Of a stretch of DNA of 64,000 nucleotides, positions 62,923 to 64,000 are shown piece after piece. Position 1 is the stretch's first letter, and each line of letters opens with the position of its first letter. The DNA is from Eledone cirrhosa (Eukaryota): assembly GCA_964016885.1 (NCBI GenBank), contig OZ024741.1, positions 354,516,001 through 354,580,000 on the forward strand, read 5' to 3'. Both the position numbers and the translations under genes were made by a program. Below the pieces are notes generated by a model. The model worked only from the letters and a program-made list of their open reading frames with translations. It did not search any database and had not been told where the DNA came from.

Positions 62923-64000
62923 GAAATCAGTGAGCTTGATTTTATTAATGTTCTTGAACATTTGTAAGTTGGCAGCTGCAGAACAAGACATGTGCAAGGA
63001 GAAATTTCCAAAAATCAATATTCTGGGAAACAAGGATTGGGTATAGTAGTTAGAGAGCAGCCTGAGGTGGAAGTAAGGACACAATATGGTTGATGAGAAA
63101 TGAGTGAGTAAGGATATCATGAATGGAGGTGGCAGAAGACCAGAGGTCATTGTAGATTGTCATCATTTCTGTCTAGTACTGGCTTATTTATTATTTATTT
63201 TTTTAAGAGCTGTGCATCAAATTCAAAGTTTATATTTCTTTATGTACTGTTATCCAGGATTTGAAGACACATTATTTCAAAACCAGGATGTTCAGATTGT
63301 TAAAATACTGTGATGTACAGCAGTGGCACCCTTAGGCACGGTTGGGTTCGTTAGTTTTCATCTGACTCTGGGACATTTTTCAACCAGACCTCGGTAATTG
63401 CTTCTGCTGGCAGGCTAAACTTACTAAGGGACTGGAGGCTTTTAGAGAAGATAGGCACTGCCAAAGATATCTATGGTCCACTGAATTCCAAGATGGACAT
63501 ACTGAAGCATGGAACAAACTGCCTGCGTCAGTTGTTGTTAGCTGCCGAGACACTGCATCCTTTAAAACCCTCATGCTTCCCGAAATACGCCAAAACTACA
63601 CCTGATGTACCCCTTCCATACACATGCACACATGTATATCATGACTCATGCACTGTTCATTTTCCTGACGTTTGTGCATTACCCTATGTACTATACATAC
63701 ACTTTTTGATGAGTTGTAGTGCACCTGAACACTGTACACAATATTTCATTATTATTATTATTATTATTTAAACATCTAGAGTGGCACCCCAATGACTGGC
63801 AATTTGATTGATTATTGATTTTTATATTATCATTAGCCTTGGTCTAAAAGATAGGGTGTTTATTTGAATTGACATTTTTTGTGTGGTGAGGCAGGGATGG
63901 TCTAGTGTTGATTATAGTCTTTACTTCAATAGTTCATTTACATGTTGAAGGAAGATGTGGTAGAGGTAGACCACGAAAAACATGGGCGGAGGTGGTGAGA

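Overview
AT-rich, repeat-dense eukaryotic DNA. The mix of RTE LINEs with (GAT)n tails, Meta/MESC-core and CORE-like tRNA SINEs, TTAA MITEs and TA/CA/CT microsatellites suggests an octopus-like cephalopod (inference). One complete intron-containing gene is confidently readable on +: GPATCH11/CCDC75, six coding exons at 35538-62044, 260 aa, with an ~18 kb first coding intron packed with nested LINEs. A divergent minus-strand gene starts near 22.1 kb. Its leader (cap-proximal ME...LL uORF, U-rich tract, TATTTCATTT, ATTATTCTTT-GAA, GCCGCC-nnn-GTG) resembles, from memory, the non-AUG-initiated EIF4G2/NAT1/DAP5 leader. It appears split into several very small exons plus a structured 108-nt cassette exon at 13.3 kb; its conserved coding body would lie left of the window, so the identity is unproven. 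Most long ORFs in the track are RTE retrotransposons (one family with a PHD-like finger inside ORF2, one BovB-like) or their antisense shadows. Also present are Merlin, mariner-like, CRE-like and Penelope-like remnants, an apparently intact hammerhead ribozyme core and several long foldback inverted repeats. No rRNA, true tRNA or CRISPR array was seen.
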